Positions 1-11,319 of a stretch of 64,000 nucleotides of DNA are shown here, piece by piece. The DNA comes from Prorocentrum cordatum (lineage: Eukaryota), in the NCBI GenBank assembly GCA_963575745.1, contig CAUYUJ010000214.1, forward strand, positions 372,001 to 436,000, written 5' to 3'. Both the position numbers and the translations under genes were made by a program. Numbering within the stretch: the first letter of the stretch is position 1; each line of letters begins with the position of its first letter. The notes beneath the pieces were generated by a model. The model did not search any database and was not told the DNA's origin. It saw only the letters and a program-made list of their open reading frames with translations.

Positions 1-480
1 GCAGCAGCGTTACGGATGCAGTAGAACCGCTCCTTGTGGGTCCTGACTCTGTCGGGCGTCTGCGCAAGGTGGGAGGGGGTCCAAGCAACACTTCAAGATC
101 CTACTCGATCACGAACCGACGCCCGAATGGCCTTCCACAGGTCCGCATCCTCTTCCGCTGGAAATTACAACGACCTCGAGATAACGCTGGATAGAGAGGC
201 AAGTGATCAGTAACATACATAATGTCATGCGGCAGGAGTTCTAAAGCAAGCGGAACGGCCCTCAATTCAGCCCGAGGTACCGTCTGACGGCGACCAGACA
301 AGGGAAGGGACGCTCCCCAGATGGGCCTCCACTGAGAGTTACTGCTGCCACGCGACTGCAAGACCACTATGCCAGCCCCACAGCGCCTTCTCCTAGGATC
401 ACTCGAAAACTTTCCCACAGAGCCGTCTCTGAACACCGTGTCCTGGGCTCCAGGGGGGCTCTGAAGGTTACGGATCCCCG
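1..480 (-). pseudogene. RNase H domain remnant of a non-LTR retrotransposon (frameshifted, runs off the window edge)
   Basis: Minus-strand translation gives FRDGS (D-G-S motif), QTVPRAELRA and YVTDH. After a frame change it continues VAWTPSH...IRNAAA. These are RNase H1 motifs in the correct order. Confidence 0.75.
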
Positions 481-489
481 AACAAGAGC

Positions 490-700
490 CAGGAGGGAGA
501 GAGGGAGGGAGGGAGGGAGGGAGGGAGGGATGAGGAGGGGAGGAGGAGGAGGAGGTGGATGGAGGAGGAGGAGGAGGGGAGGAGGGGAGGAGGGGGAGGA
601 GGAGGGGGAGGAGGAGGAGGGGAGGGAGGAGGGAGGAGGGAGGAGGGAGGAGGGAGGAGGAGGAGGAGGAGGAGGAGGATGAGGAGGAGGAGGAGGAACG
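490..700. repeat. (GGA/GAG)n-type purine microsatellite
   Basis: Directly visible; explains the poly-G/E/R ORFs. Confidence 0.95.
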
Positions 701-750
701 AGCCAGGGAGGGAGGGGCTTCGTTCTTCGAGGCTCGGGCTTCGGGGTCTC

Positions 751-905
751 TGGATCTTCCTGTGCCTCCTGGGGGTTCGAAGATCGGGGCTCGAGGATCG
801 GGGCTCGAGACGTTTGGATCTTCCTGTGCCTCCTGGGGGTTCGAAGATCGGGGCCCGAGGATCGGGGTTCGAGACGTTTGGATCTTCCTGTGCCTCCTGG
901 GGGTT
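751..905. repeat. 64-bp tandem repeat, ~2.4 copies
   Basis: TGGATCTTCCTGTGCCTCCTGGGGGTTC recurs at 751, 815 and 879. Confidence 0.9.
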
Positions 906-1442
906 CCCTGGCGCCGCGGCCGAGTCCGGCTCGGAAAACTCTGGCCAGAGCGCGCCCCAGAAGAGGTTACCGAGACCTGGGCGTCACAGTTTCTCCCGAA
1001 AGCAGCCGGTCTATGAGGGTCTCACAGGGCCTTCTTCTGCTGTGTTGGGGCCGTCTTGGGGGCCTTTGGGGCCGTCGTGGAGCGACCTTGAAGGCTTCGT
1101 GGGCAGGCTTGGAGGGTCTCCTGGGGACCTTGTTGGGGGCCTTTGTTGGGGAGGGGCCGTGATCCGGAATCGGTGGGGCGCCGTGGTCTGCCGTGGTCTC
1201 CCGTGGTCTGCCGTTGTTTCCAGTTGTCGACCTGATCACGCTCTGGATGTCTCCGAGCATGCCCCGCTCTCCGCGCCGCGGTGTCAAGCTGTTCAGAGGG
1301 TCTTCGGCCGCAGGGGTGTCGTTCATGTCGCAGCGGGCGTTTTGGCCCGGCTCCGGGGGCCCCGGGACTAGGGCAGAACGGTCTGGCGGGAAGAGATGCC
1401 GCAGAAAGGCAAGGGCCAGGGCTCCAGTCGTGATTCGTCGCG

Positions 1443-4400
1443 GTGTTGCAATCGCTGCTCGGCTTGGCCGGAGGAGGGTGTTCAGATCCCCGGCGATGTG
1501 TTTTGTCAACCGTCGGTCGGCCCTCGGGGGCCGTTCTACGCGTCCTCGGATACAATCCAATGTGGGCATCAGGCGACAGACTGGCGGAGATACTGAGTGA
1601 ATCTCGAAATTATGACCTCGTTTTATTGGCAGGCACTCATGTAGGCGACAGATTACGTGGAGCACAGGTTTTGCAGCGTCGGCTTGATGGGCGCATGGTG
1701 TTCGAAGTACCTCACTCTCCTGCTCCTTTTAGCAATCGTAGTTGTGGGGTACTGATCGCCCTTGGTCCTCGCTATGGTGTCAGGGAAGTGCATCAGGTAT
1801 GGGGTAGTCCAGAGGGGGCAGCAGGGAGAGCGATGGCATTGAGATTAAAGCACAGCACCATGGACGTCTGCGCAATTAGCCTGTATTTCCCCCCCAAGCC
1901 AGTCAAGAACAACCAGAAACCTTCCTACTTTGGAACAGTTAAGGTGTTGTGTGAATGGCTGGACAGACTACTGAGTTCTCTCCCTACACGCTGTGTTCCT
2001 GTACTTTATAGTGATATCAACGATGGTCTGGGGGAGGAGTGGAGGGATGGAAGGTGGCAACGTGTTACTACTAACGTCGTGGGGGCCCCGACCCGTGAGC
2101 GCCTCGTGGGAGGGGCAGGGCATCGGCTTCGACAGATCCTTGAGAAGCATCACATGATGGCTGCGAATGCGCGCACGCATGTGGAGCACACCTTTTTCGG
2201 GGAGAAGGGCACATCCAGTCGCATCGACTACCTATGTGTCCCCATGGGTATGGCTGGACTCTTGCACGCTTGTAATCCCTTGAGGGGCCTGGGCGCGAAG
2301 TGGCAGCCAGTGCGCGGTGCTGCGCCGAGAGATCATCTACCCATCAATCTGAGCATGATCATGAACAAGGGAGGCCCTGTGCTTCCCCAGGAGGAGAGGA
2401 CGAGGTGGGACCAGGACAGGATGATGGAGGCGTTACGTACGGGTAAAGGGAGGTGGGCTTTCCTGGAGACGGTGGCGGAGGAAATGAGGAGTATCCAGCC
2501 TATTTACCAGAGGGATTGGGCGTCTCCAGATACGATTTTTGAAACTTTGGAGCAATGCATTGTTTCTGCTGGAAAAAAGCATTTCTTGGGAAGGGCACCT
2601 GTTCGGGAGGGCTACAGAGAAGACTGCGAACGCCGTCGGGAGTTACTTCGTCGTCGGGTTTCTCTACGAGGCAGTAAGTGCGAGGCCACAGAGTCGGAGG
2701 CCCATGAGATTGACCTCGAACTCCGCTCTCTTTCCCACCAGCTACAGCTCGACCGTCGTCGAGCCTTGCGCCGCCATCGTGACCGCTTGATGACAGAGGC
2801 GTCTGAGTGTTGGGAGCGTCGGCGTACAGCCGAAGCGATGCGTGCATCGAGGAGGGCGGCCCGTTGTCGTTACGGACCCAAGAAGCGGGACGCCCGACTC
2901 GCAGGTTGTACGTTACCTTCTGCAGACGAATGGATGAGAGTCTGGCGAGAACCAGGGGCGCAGGGAGGGATGTTGGTGGAGGAAGTGGATTGGGATCAGT
3001 TGCGGGCTTCTCGGGAGGAAGAGTCTTATGCTTATGAGTCGGAGGATCCTGAATTGACGGCAATCGTGAAGGAGGATGTGAAGGCCCTTCGTAGGTACTT
3101 CTGTTTTGCCCCCAAAAGAAAGCAAGTACCCGAACATACAGCACCAGTAGAATTATGGCACATGTTATTGTTTCCGAAGTGGAGGGTCCAGAATCGTGCA
3201 CTAGGATTAGGAGCAGGAGATGAAGCACCCAAAGTTGAGACTTTCTGGTGGATGCTACATGTTGGATTGCGTAAGATTCGTCTTCATCAGTTGGCCCCCC
3301 TCTACTGGCACCGCAGTCAAGGAGCTGCATTGGTAAAGAACCACCAGGCTGGACCCCTAGGACGCCGAGTAGTGCATGTGCTAGCTGCAATCGGCAAAGG
3401 ATGGTTTGCTAAACGATTACGCCCTTCCCCAACTACCTCGGACCATGGATTTGTGACCGGCCGTCGGCGTGAAAACGCTGTTATGATATCACTAAATACA
3501 TCATGGCGCCTCCGTGCCGCACAGAGGACACATGCAGTCTGCTTGAAGGACATGAGCAACGCATTTGGCAGCAGCAGCTTCGAGTCTATGAAAATCTCTG
3601 TCGCTCTACATGCGTCTGACCCCGACGTCGACCTGTGCGAACAGCGTTTCTTGGATTCGACGATCTTGCTCCCGACGAATACAGGAGGAGTACTAGTTAA
3701 ACCACGTCAGGGAGGTACAATGGGCGATCCTTTTATAGTATCGATGTTCGTTTCGACCTTTAAGAGACCAGTGATGAATTGGGAATATGACTTGCTTCAG
3801 TGGGATCCTACTTATCGTGATCTGAAGGCTAGCTGGGGGGAGTTACAGTCAGACCTCTCTCTCCTCAAGTACGCCGACGACATTAACAAAATTGTGCTAG
3901 CAGATCTGGACAGTACCCTTGGAGAATTTCTAGACAAAATTAAGCGCGTGGATGTCTCTCTAAATTCAAAGTTACAACCCTTCGGGTACGGCCAGAATAT
4001 GTCCAAGCAGGAGTTTCTGTTTCACTTCAGTGCGAGTGCACATTCGTGTAAGCAGTATTTGCGTGACCATCCCCAGTGTCTGGAGGGCCGTGTGCGAGAC
4101 GACGCACGTTACTTAGGACCCCGCATCGTACTCAGGGACAGTGCAGCAAGCGAGGTGGGTCGTCGTCTGGCTTCGTCTCGTGCCTCTTTTCACAGTTTGG
4201 GGGGAATATGGTCCCTGGACCTGCCGTACCGATGGAAAAGAGTCTTGTTTATTGGATTTGCTCAGAACTCTATCTTGAGTGGCATGGAGTCGTGGGTCCT
4301 CAGGGGTCACGACTACGACAGGTTGGATCGAGGACTGGCAGCTCTAGGCCGAATTGCGATGCAGGGAAAGGCTTCGACAGCATCGACGGTGCAGGAGGGT

Positions 4401-6287
4401 GATCACGTCAGATGTCTAACTACTCGGCAGGTCTTATCTTTCTGGAAGTTGGCCCCTAGTGCTGTCGAGCTCCGAGTTCGACGCGTTCGGTTATACCAGA
4501 GCTGGGCAAAGAAACCCAAGGAGAACGCACAAATATTATGTAGTTTGTTTGGGAGCACTTTGATGGACAATCACCGACCCCAACTTCGATACGGCCAACC
4601 TACGAAATTTGCCTCACCCTGGGTATTACAAGTGAAACGGGATTTGGAGGAGGTGGCGAGGGCATTGGACAGCGAGGTGGTGGAGGAGGTGGCGAGGGAC
4701 CTTACCATTCTTAAGGATGAGGAGAGGAGTTCGGATTTCGTGGCACTCGACGTTACGGAGCTTCGGGCACGTATGTTCACGGTCAGCATCCCTCCCCCTG
4801 GGAATTGGAGCTCTGGAGGCGGTTTACAGGAAGAAGAGGAGGAGGAGGAGAAGGTGGAGCGCCCTTATGTTTGTGGTCTCACAACAGATGAGGGAGTATG
4901 TACGTCCGCCTTCACGACAAGAAGGGAGCTCATGAATCATCTCAGGCGGGTGCACCACCTGCGCAACCAGTGCTATGTCCTCACGCCTACAAATGTATGC
5001 ATCAATTGCAAGCAGGTCTTCGGGTGTAAAAGCACAGCGGCACGGCATTTGCAGGGATCATTGTCCAGGGGCCACTGTGTGACGAGGGGCCCGTCGAATC
5101 TGAGAGCCACCCCCGACATCCCGAACACGTTCGCCTGTTTGCTCTGTGACTTTATCGGATCAAATCTGCTGAGCCTGTGTGAGCACTTGTGCGGACACCT
5201 CCCCTTTCGGCTCCCACCGTATACAGGACAACCGACTTCTGTAGGTGATGCCACCAGCGGCCTCAAGCATGTCAGTCGAAGCTCCACAGATGCCTTCGTG
5301 GTTCAACGAGGGTATCAAGCGGAAGGCCGACGGGGAGGAGGAGGGGGAGCTAGAGGGCAAGGACAAGAAGGGCAAGGGGGGCAGCGGGGGCGGCAGCGGC
5401 AGCAGCAGCGGGTTGGAGAAGAAGGTCGACACCGTCATTCGTCTCGTGCTCACCAATTCACGCGAGATAGCCGATTTGGGCGCCAGCGTGTTCCTTCGTT
5501 ACCTGCTCGCGGTGTCTACCCCCCTCGTGGCCGCCATTCTCGCAGCAGGGAAAGATTACGACCGCAAGTCACAGGAGATGAAAGAAAAGGCAAAGGGGGG
5601 GGAGAAGGTGGACTTCAAGAATCGTCCCTCCCCTCACGTGTGTATACTCACGGCAGCCGTACACTACGGCGCGACCAAGGCAGTCCAGGAGGGCAATATG
5701 AAAGCAAGGGACGAGAAGAACAAGGAGTTAATGAACCAGTTTTGGACAGAGAGGTTCGTGAATCTCGACTGGAGGGAGATCGGCAGGGCATGTGGGCACT
5801 TTCGCATCAAGACTCACCGCAAGGAGGAGGGGGCAGTGCAGACGTGCACGCTGTATATGCAATTCCACACGCGGGATCCGATCGCAGACGTCCTTTGCGG
5901 GTTGATGGAGGAGTTGGTGAAAGTGGAGGGGGGACTCTTCATGGTGGGAGCAGCGCCTCGGGGCCCCTTCGAGCGCGAGCTGTCCAAACAAGTAGGAGTG
6001 AGCAGCAAGTGAGGGCCTTTGCGACCAGCGTCAGATATCAGCAGCTTTTAGACAGAGGTTTGATAGTTGCGCCAGCTGCACAGCAGGTAATACAGACGTA
6101 TGCGCATGAGAATCTCCCCACTGTTCCAGTCGTAGTTTTACCCCAGCCGAAGAGCATGGGAAGAGGGAGGGGTGGGTCTCGGGGTGGGGGTCGTGGTCAG
6201 GCGTCGTCGGTTGGGAGGGGGGAAGGAGTGAGCAGCGGAGCGACGGAGCGTGAGGGCGCCCGCGCGCCCGCCTCCCTCCCGCCGTGA
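1443..6287 (+). CDS. LINE pol: APE/EEP endonuclease + reverse transcriptase + C-terminal C2H2-type zinc fingers (true start uncertain; the part after ~5240 is low complexity)
   Basis: EEP motifs: GYNP, DLVLLAGTH, LYSDIND, SRIDYL, RDHLPI. RT motifs: KDMSNAFGS, QGGTMGDP, KYADD (3870-3881), RYLG. Cys/His clusters: CGL..VCTSAF..MNHLRRVH, CINC..ARH, CLLC..EHLCGH. Confidence 0.93.
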   Translation: MLQSLLGLAGGGCSDPRRCVLSTVGRPSGAVLRVLGYNPMWASGDRLAEILSESRNYDLVLLAGTHVGDRLRGAQVLQRRLDGRMVFEVPHSPAPFSNRSCGVLIALGPRYGVREVHQVWGSPEGAAGRAMALRLKHSTMDVCAISLYFPPKPVKNNQKPSYFGTVKVLCEWLDRLLSSLPTRCVPVLYSDINDGLGEEWRDGRWQRVTTNVVGAPTRERLVGGAGHRLRQILEKHHMMAANARTHVEHTFFGEKGTSSRIDYLCVPMGMAGLLHACNPLRGLGAKWQPVRGAAPRDHLPINLSMIMNKGGPVLPQEERTRWDQDRMMEALRTGKGRWAFLETVAEEMRSIQPIYQRDWASPDTIFETLEQCIVSAGKKHFLGRAPVREGYREDCERRRELLRRRVSLRGSKCEATESEAHEIDLELRSLSHQLQLDRRRALRRHRDRLMTEASECWERRRTAEAMRASRRAARCRYGPKKRDARLAGCTLPSADEWMRVWREPGAQGGMLVEEVDWDQLRASREEESYAYESEDPELTAIVKEDVKALRRYFCFAPKRKQVPEHTAPVELWHMLLFPKWRVQNRALGLGAGDEAPKVETFWWMLHVGLRKIRLHQLAPLYWHRSQGAALVKNHQAGPLGRRVVHVLAAIGKGWFAKRLRPSPTTSDHGFVTGRRRENAVMISLNTSWRLRAAQRTHAVCLKDMSNAFGSSSFESMKISVALHASDPDVDLCEQRFLDSTILLPTNTGGVLVKPRQGGTMGDPFIVSMFVSTFKRPVMNWEYDLLQWDPTYRDLKASWGELQSDLSLLKYADDINKIVLADLDSTLGEFLDKIKRVDVSLNSKLQPFGYGQNMSKQEFLFHFSASAHSCKQYLRDHPQCLEGRVRDDARYLGPRIVLRDSAASEVGRRLASSRASFHSLGGIWSLDLPYRWKRVLFIGFAQNSILSGMESWVLRGHDYDRLDRGLAALGRIAMQGKASTASTVQEGDHVRCLTTRQVLSFWKLAPSAVELRVRRVRLYQSWAKKPKENAQILCSLFGSTLMDNHRPQLRYGQPTKFASPWVLQVKRDLEEVARALDSEVVEEVARDLTILKDEERSSDFVALDVTELRARMFTVSIPPPGNWSSGGGLQEEEEEEEKVERPYVCGLTTDEGVCTSAFTTRRELMNHLRRVHHLRNQCYVLTPTNVCINCKQVFGCKSTAARHLQGSLSRGHCVTRGPSNLRATPDIPNTFACLLCDFIGSNLLSLCEHLCGHLPFRLPPYTGQPTSVGDATSGLKHVSRSSTDAFVVQRGYQAEGRRGGGGGARGQGQEGQGGQRGRQRQQQRVGEEGRHRHSSRAHQFTRDSRFGRQRVPSLPARGVYPPRGRHSRSRERLRPQVTGDERKGKGGGEGGLQESSLPSRVYTHGSRTLRRDQGSPGGQYESKGREEQGVNEPVLDREVRESRLEGDRQGMWALSHQDSPQGGGGSADVHAVYAIPHAGSDRRRPLRVDGGVGESGGGTLHGGSSASGPLRARAVQTSRSEQQVRAFATSVRYQQLLDRGLIVAPAAQQVIQTYAHENLPTVPVVVLPQPKSMGRGRGGSRGGGRGQASSVGRGEGVSSGATEREGARAPASLPP
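5269..6012 (+). CDS. Second LINE-associated ORF (~247 aa), downstream of and overlapping pol in the +1 frame; function unknown
   Basis: Protein-like composition: charged KRKADGEEEG/KGKGG head, amphipathic helices (KKVDTVIRLVLTNSREIADL), RPSPH, terminal GAAPRGPFERELSK. The overlapping pol frame over this span is R/G-rich and unstructured-looking. Confidence 0.65.
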   Translation: MSVEAPQMPSWFNEGIKRKADGEEEGELEGKDKKGKGGSGGGSGSSSGLEKKVDTVIRLVLTNSREIADLGASVFLRYLLAVSTPLVAAILAAGKDYDRKSQEMKEKAKGGEKVDFKNRPSPHVCILTAAVHYGATKAVQEGNMKARDEKNKELMNQFWTERFVNLDWREIGRACGHFRIKTHRKEEGAVQTCTLYMQFHTRDPIADVLCGLMEELVKVEGGLFMVGAAPRGPFERELSKQVGVSSK

Positions 6288-6519
6288 GAGAGTGGTTTGG
6301 AGTCCGCGGAGTTCCACACAGGACCTCGCGCCGTGCGTGCCCGCGCCTCGAGCCCTCTGCGTGGGGGCCAAACGGCTGCGGGCCGGCCAGTGCTGCCTAG
6401 CGCAGAGTGCAGCACTTGGCCAATCGTTGCAAGGAAGAGGTTTTGCAAAGCCTTTCTCAGAATCCTTTAGGAGGCACTCTGGAGCGAATTTTTGTAAGTA
6501 TTCTGGCTTCTCTAAGCGA

Positions 6520-6717
6520 TCTCCTCCTCCTCCTCCTCTCCTCCTCTCCCCCCTCCTCCTCTCCCCCTCCTCCTCCTCCTCCTCCTCTCTCCCTCCTCCT
6601 CTCCTCTCTCCTCTCCTCCTCTCTCCTCCTCTCTCCTCCTCTCTCCTCCTCCTCTCCTCCTCTCTCCTCTCTCCTCCTCCTCCTCCTCCTCCTCCTCCTC
6701 CTCCTCCTCCTCCTCCT
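6520..6717. repeat. (CCT)n microsatellite at the LINE 3' end
   Basis: Directly visible. Confidence 0.95.
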
Positions 6718-7327
6718 TGGGGTGGAGGGGGGGCGTCCAGGAAGAGGAGGATCCCTGGGCTTCCTCGTGGAGGCCAGGCTTTGCCGGGGACGCTTTCGCA
6801 AACCCGACGATCACGAGTGCGTGCGTCAATTCGACGCAGCGGTGTCCTTTGGATGTGGATGCGTTGTCTGTGAACTGACAGCCCTCTTAGTCGAGCGACA
6901 GTGGGGAGGTGGGGGAGGAAGAGCAGGAGCAGCAAGAGCAGGAGGAGCAGGAGGGGATTGAGAGAGGGAGAGGCAGAGGGAGAAACAGCTGGAGCAGGAG
7001 GAGGAGGAGGAGGAGGAGGAGGAGGAGGAGGAGGGTTGGTCACTTGTGTAGCAGAGCGTGGCCGGAGCAGGAGAAGATATCCTTGCCGGTTGTGCCGTCC
7101 CAGTCCGCGCTGGCCAAGGAGACGGGGGCCAAACCAACCGCGCATGGCATGCGCTTTGCCGTACGTGCCAGAGGCCACTGTTATCCCTCCGGGCTCTCTC
7201 GACCGCCGCACTCCATCCTCCCTCCCTACCTCCCCTCCCTCCCGCTCTGCTCGTCGCTCGTTCCCTCCATCTCCTCCCCCTCCCTTCTCGTCCACCCCCG
7301 CCCCGTCGTCTTCGTCCTCCTGATCAA

Positions 7328-7404
<77 letters not shown>

Positions 7405-8388
7405 GCGTCGTCATCCCTCATCCCTTCCCCCCCCCGGCGGTCCCGCGGCGCGCGGGTCGCCAGGTGCGCCCAGGAATATAATGGCAGGGAGCTGCATGCA
7501 TACCACATCGGTCGTTGCACGCAGATATTTTTGCGGTCCCAGGTCCAGATCTACTGCAAGGGCCTTCCCACTTCAATCACCGACCTCTTTTTCATATGTC
7601 CTCTTCTTCTTCTTTTTTTTCTTCTTCTTCTTCTTCTTCTTCAGGGGGCGGGCGGAAGCCCAATCTACAGTCAACCATGATAGTAAGGATTGGACAACTT
7701 TCCAAGGCTACCCTTGCATCCTTGCCCCGTCGGCATTCCGCATCCTTCGGCATTCTGCTGCGCCCCGCACGGAAAGCGCCAACGTGGCGTTCCAAGGCCC
7801 CTGCATCCTTACCGCGCATCCTGCCTGTCCTGGCCGAGCCTACTTCCAGCGCCTTCCTGCTGCACGGCTCGGCCCGCTCCCTCCGACCGCAGGGCACCCC
7901 GAGCTCAGCCCTCCCGCCCGCCGCGCCGCCCGCGCCGGCCGGCGCGCCTGGTAAGGACCGCGCGCCTCCACCCAGGGCGCCCCTTGCGTCCCTGCCCCCG
8001 CGGCCCGTCCTCTGCCGTCACCGCGGGCCGAAGCCAGAACGGCTACGAGGAGGAGGAGGAGGAGGAGGAGGAGGAGGAGGAGGAGGAGGAGGAGGAGGAC
8101 GAGGAGGAGGAGGAGGAGGAGCAGGAGGAGGAGGACCCCTCCCCCTCCAACTTGTCGTGGTGGTGGTGGAAGACATGCCCAGCAGCAAAAGGGGCCTCGG
8201 GTCCGCGGAGGTCCCTGACGCCCGTCGCCGCCCGCGCGCCCCGAAGCCGGGGAGGGAAGACGCGCACCCAGACCAGACAGTCGGCGCTCACCTGCACGGC
8301 TCACGGGCGTGTGCTGCACGGCCCGGCCCCGTTCGCGTCCCTCCCCGGGTGCGCTTGCCGCTTCGCTTGTCGGGGTGGTTCTTATGCC

Positions 8389-8558
8389 ACCACCCACCAA
8401 ACCACCCCAACCCACCCCGAAGGCTCAGATCTACCCTCGATTTCTAGTGGGGGGGGGGGGTCGGGAAACGTCGAACAAAAACACGCGTGGAACCCTTGCC
8501 CCCCCCCCAACCCGAAATTCGGGTCTTCGGGTTGGGTTGGGGTGGTCTGGTAGGTAGT
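8389..8558. mobile_element. MITE-like element with ~33-bp imperfect terminal inverted repeats
   Basis: Left CCACCCACCAAACCACCCCAACCCACCCCGAAG; right CTTCGGGTTGGGTTGGGGTGGTCTGGTAGGTAG. Confidence 0.65.
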
Positions 8559-8682
8559 CATTATGGGGGGGGGATGTCCTGCCGTCCTCCTCCTCCTCCT
8601 CCTCTTCGTCCTCCTCCTCCTCCTCCTCCTCCTCCTCCTCCTCCTCCTCCGCCTTCTCCTCTGCCTCCTCCTCCTCCTCCTC

Positions 8683-8714
<32 letters not shown>

Positions 8715-8872
8715 GGCAGGGACCGCGCGCGCCTTCACCTCGGGGTGCCCCTGCGCCCTGGCCCCCGCGGCCTGTCCCCTCTGCCGCTCCCGCGGGCCGC
8801 CCGTCGCCCGAAAGAGGTCCCAGCTGCGGCCTCCAAGGGGCCCTTGCGTCCTTCAGGAAAGGGGGAAACACA

Positions 8873-9076
8873 TTGGAAGCTTGGAAATTGGCACCAACAC
8901 CAACATCATGGGTTGCCTCCACGGGAGGAAGATGATCCTGGATTTTGGTGTTGGTGGTAATCTTTCGGCCACCTAGAAAGCCTGAATATTACCACCATCA
9001 CCTGGATCGGGATCATCTTCCCTCGGTGGAAGCACGCCGCCGATATTGGTATTGGTGTCAACCTCCAGGCCTCCCA
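8873..9076 (-). mobile_element. 204-bp palindromic MITE (Introner family), inverted copy of 44336-44539, 5-bp TSD ACACA
   Basis: Aligns end to end with the reverse complement of 44336-44539. ACACA is at 8868-8872 and 9077-9081. It is inserted in another repeat whose uninterrupted relative lies at ~60650-60804. Confidence 0.88.
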
Positions 9077-9329
9077 ACACAGACACAAGTCATCGTCGAT
9101 TCCCCTGAAAATATGGGAAACTATGGGAAGTGGGGGGGGGGGAGACAGAAACCCAGAAAATATTGGGAAACTATGGGGAAGCCTGTGATTTGTGTGTATT
9201 AATTTTTGTGTGTCCCAGGGTCCCTTCAGTCCTTACCACCCGTCCTGAGTACACGTTTGGACTGCACGCCTCAGCGCCCGCGGTCTGCGGAGCGGGGCTG
9301 GGTGGCGATGCCGTCTCCGAGGCGGGCAC

Positions 9330-9870
9330 TTATCCCGGAAGAGGAGATGGTGCCCATAGCGCTACCTTTCCGTCGATTTCCCTTTTCGGGCCTCCTGGGA
9401 GGCCGTCGTCGCCACCGCTGGATTACTCGGAGTCTGGTCAGAACGCACCTCGGGAGATGTCCGCGGCGCAGCGGTATCGTTTTTTTTGGTTTCCCCATAA
9501 CCGCCGCCTGGGGAATCGATCTTCGGGGACCTCGGCAGGCGGTGGATATGGATGTGTCTGTTCCCCCCCGGGGCCCGAATGGATCCGCCTGCCGAGGGAC
9601 CCTGAAGAACGATCCCCCGGGCGATGGCGATAGAGATGTCCTGGCCTCGCAGGGTTGGACTCGTGCCGCCCGGTGCCTCGGCCTTGTTCCCGTGGTCGCT
9701 AACCAGGGCAGTCCTGCACAATCCCGCTTCCTCTCAATCCCGCTGCCAATCTCGCTGAATACGGTTTCGTCCTGGGCTCAGTGCGGCCCGATTCGGCTTC
9801 GTGGCCGCCTATTTTGATGATGTAGCCGCTCATGTTTCCCACGAGGACCTCCCAAGAAGTTGCTTCCTGA
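9330..9870 (+). pseudogene. Highly degenerate reverse-transcriptase fragment
   Basis: Motif-like segments occur in RT order across frames: VPIALPFRRF (RPIA..RR-like), GIDLRG, NQGSP, and FVAAYFDDV (YxDD). Confidence 0.45.
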
Positions 9871-10029
9871 GGCTGGGGGGCAGTGCCGCTGGTGCCGCCC
9901 ACTGTGCCTCGGCCTTGATCCCCCTCCCCCGGATCTGCGGCGGGGCGTCGGTGCCTCTGTTTCCGCGCTCGGCCGCGCTCCGCGGCGTCGGGGTTAGGAG
10001 AAGCGAGAGGCCACGACCACGTCAATGCC

Positions 10030-10975
<946 letters not shown>

Positions 10976-11319
10976 AAATTCCGAGATGTCCCAGGTCTCT
11001 ATACTTTCTTGTCCCGCACACGCTCCACAGACGAGGGCCGCTAGATACTCTGGGGCTCCTGGAACGCATCCTCGGCTAATTGCATCTTGACGTTTATTTC
11101 CGTTTGTGGCACGAGCTTTGAGTGGGCGCGCGTTGGCGGAAAGTTTGGCCGGGCCTCGAGATGTTAGAGCTGGCGTCTGGAGGTAGCGCGCTCGTGTCGG
11201 CCAGTCCTGAGGCCCGTGAGTGGAGACCGATTTCCCGCCGATGTCCCTGCGAAAGCCGCCAGCGTCTATCCGTTGCCGATCTCCTCCGCGTAAGTCGATT
11301 CCGTTGCGTATCGGTGGAG

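Larger units (their letters stand above)
1396..6520 (+). mobile_element. Non-LTR retrotransposon (LINE), APE-endonuclease type, near full length, ending at a (CTC)n tract
   Basis: Contains the pol ORF and the downstream ORF listed below. Unique sequence ends at ...TCTAAGCGAT followed by (CTC)n from ~6520. The 5' boundary is uncertain. Confidence 0.85.

Noticed and set aside
7135..7195. Minus-strand peptide GITVASGTYGKAHAM resembling an IF-2 segment or kinase P-loop
   Set aside because: Too short; no further exons identifiable.
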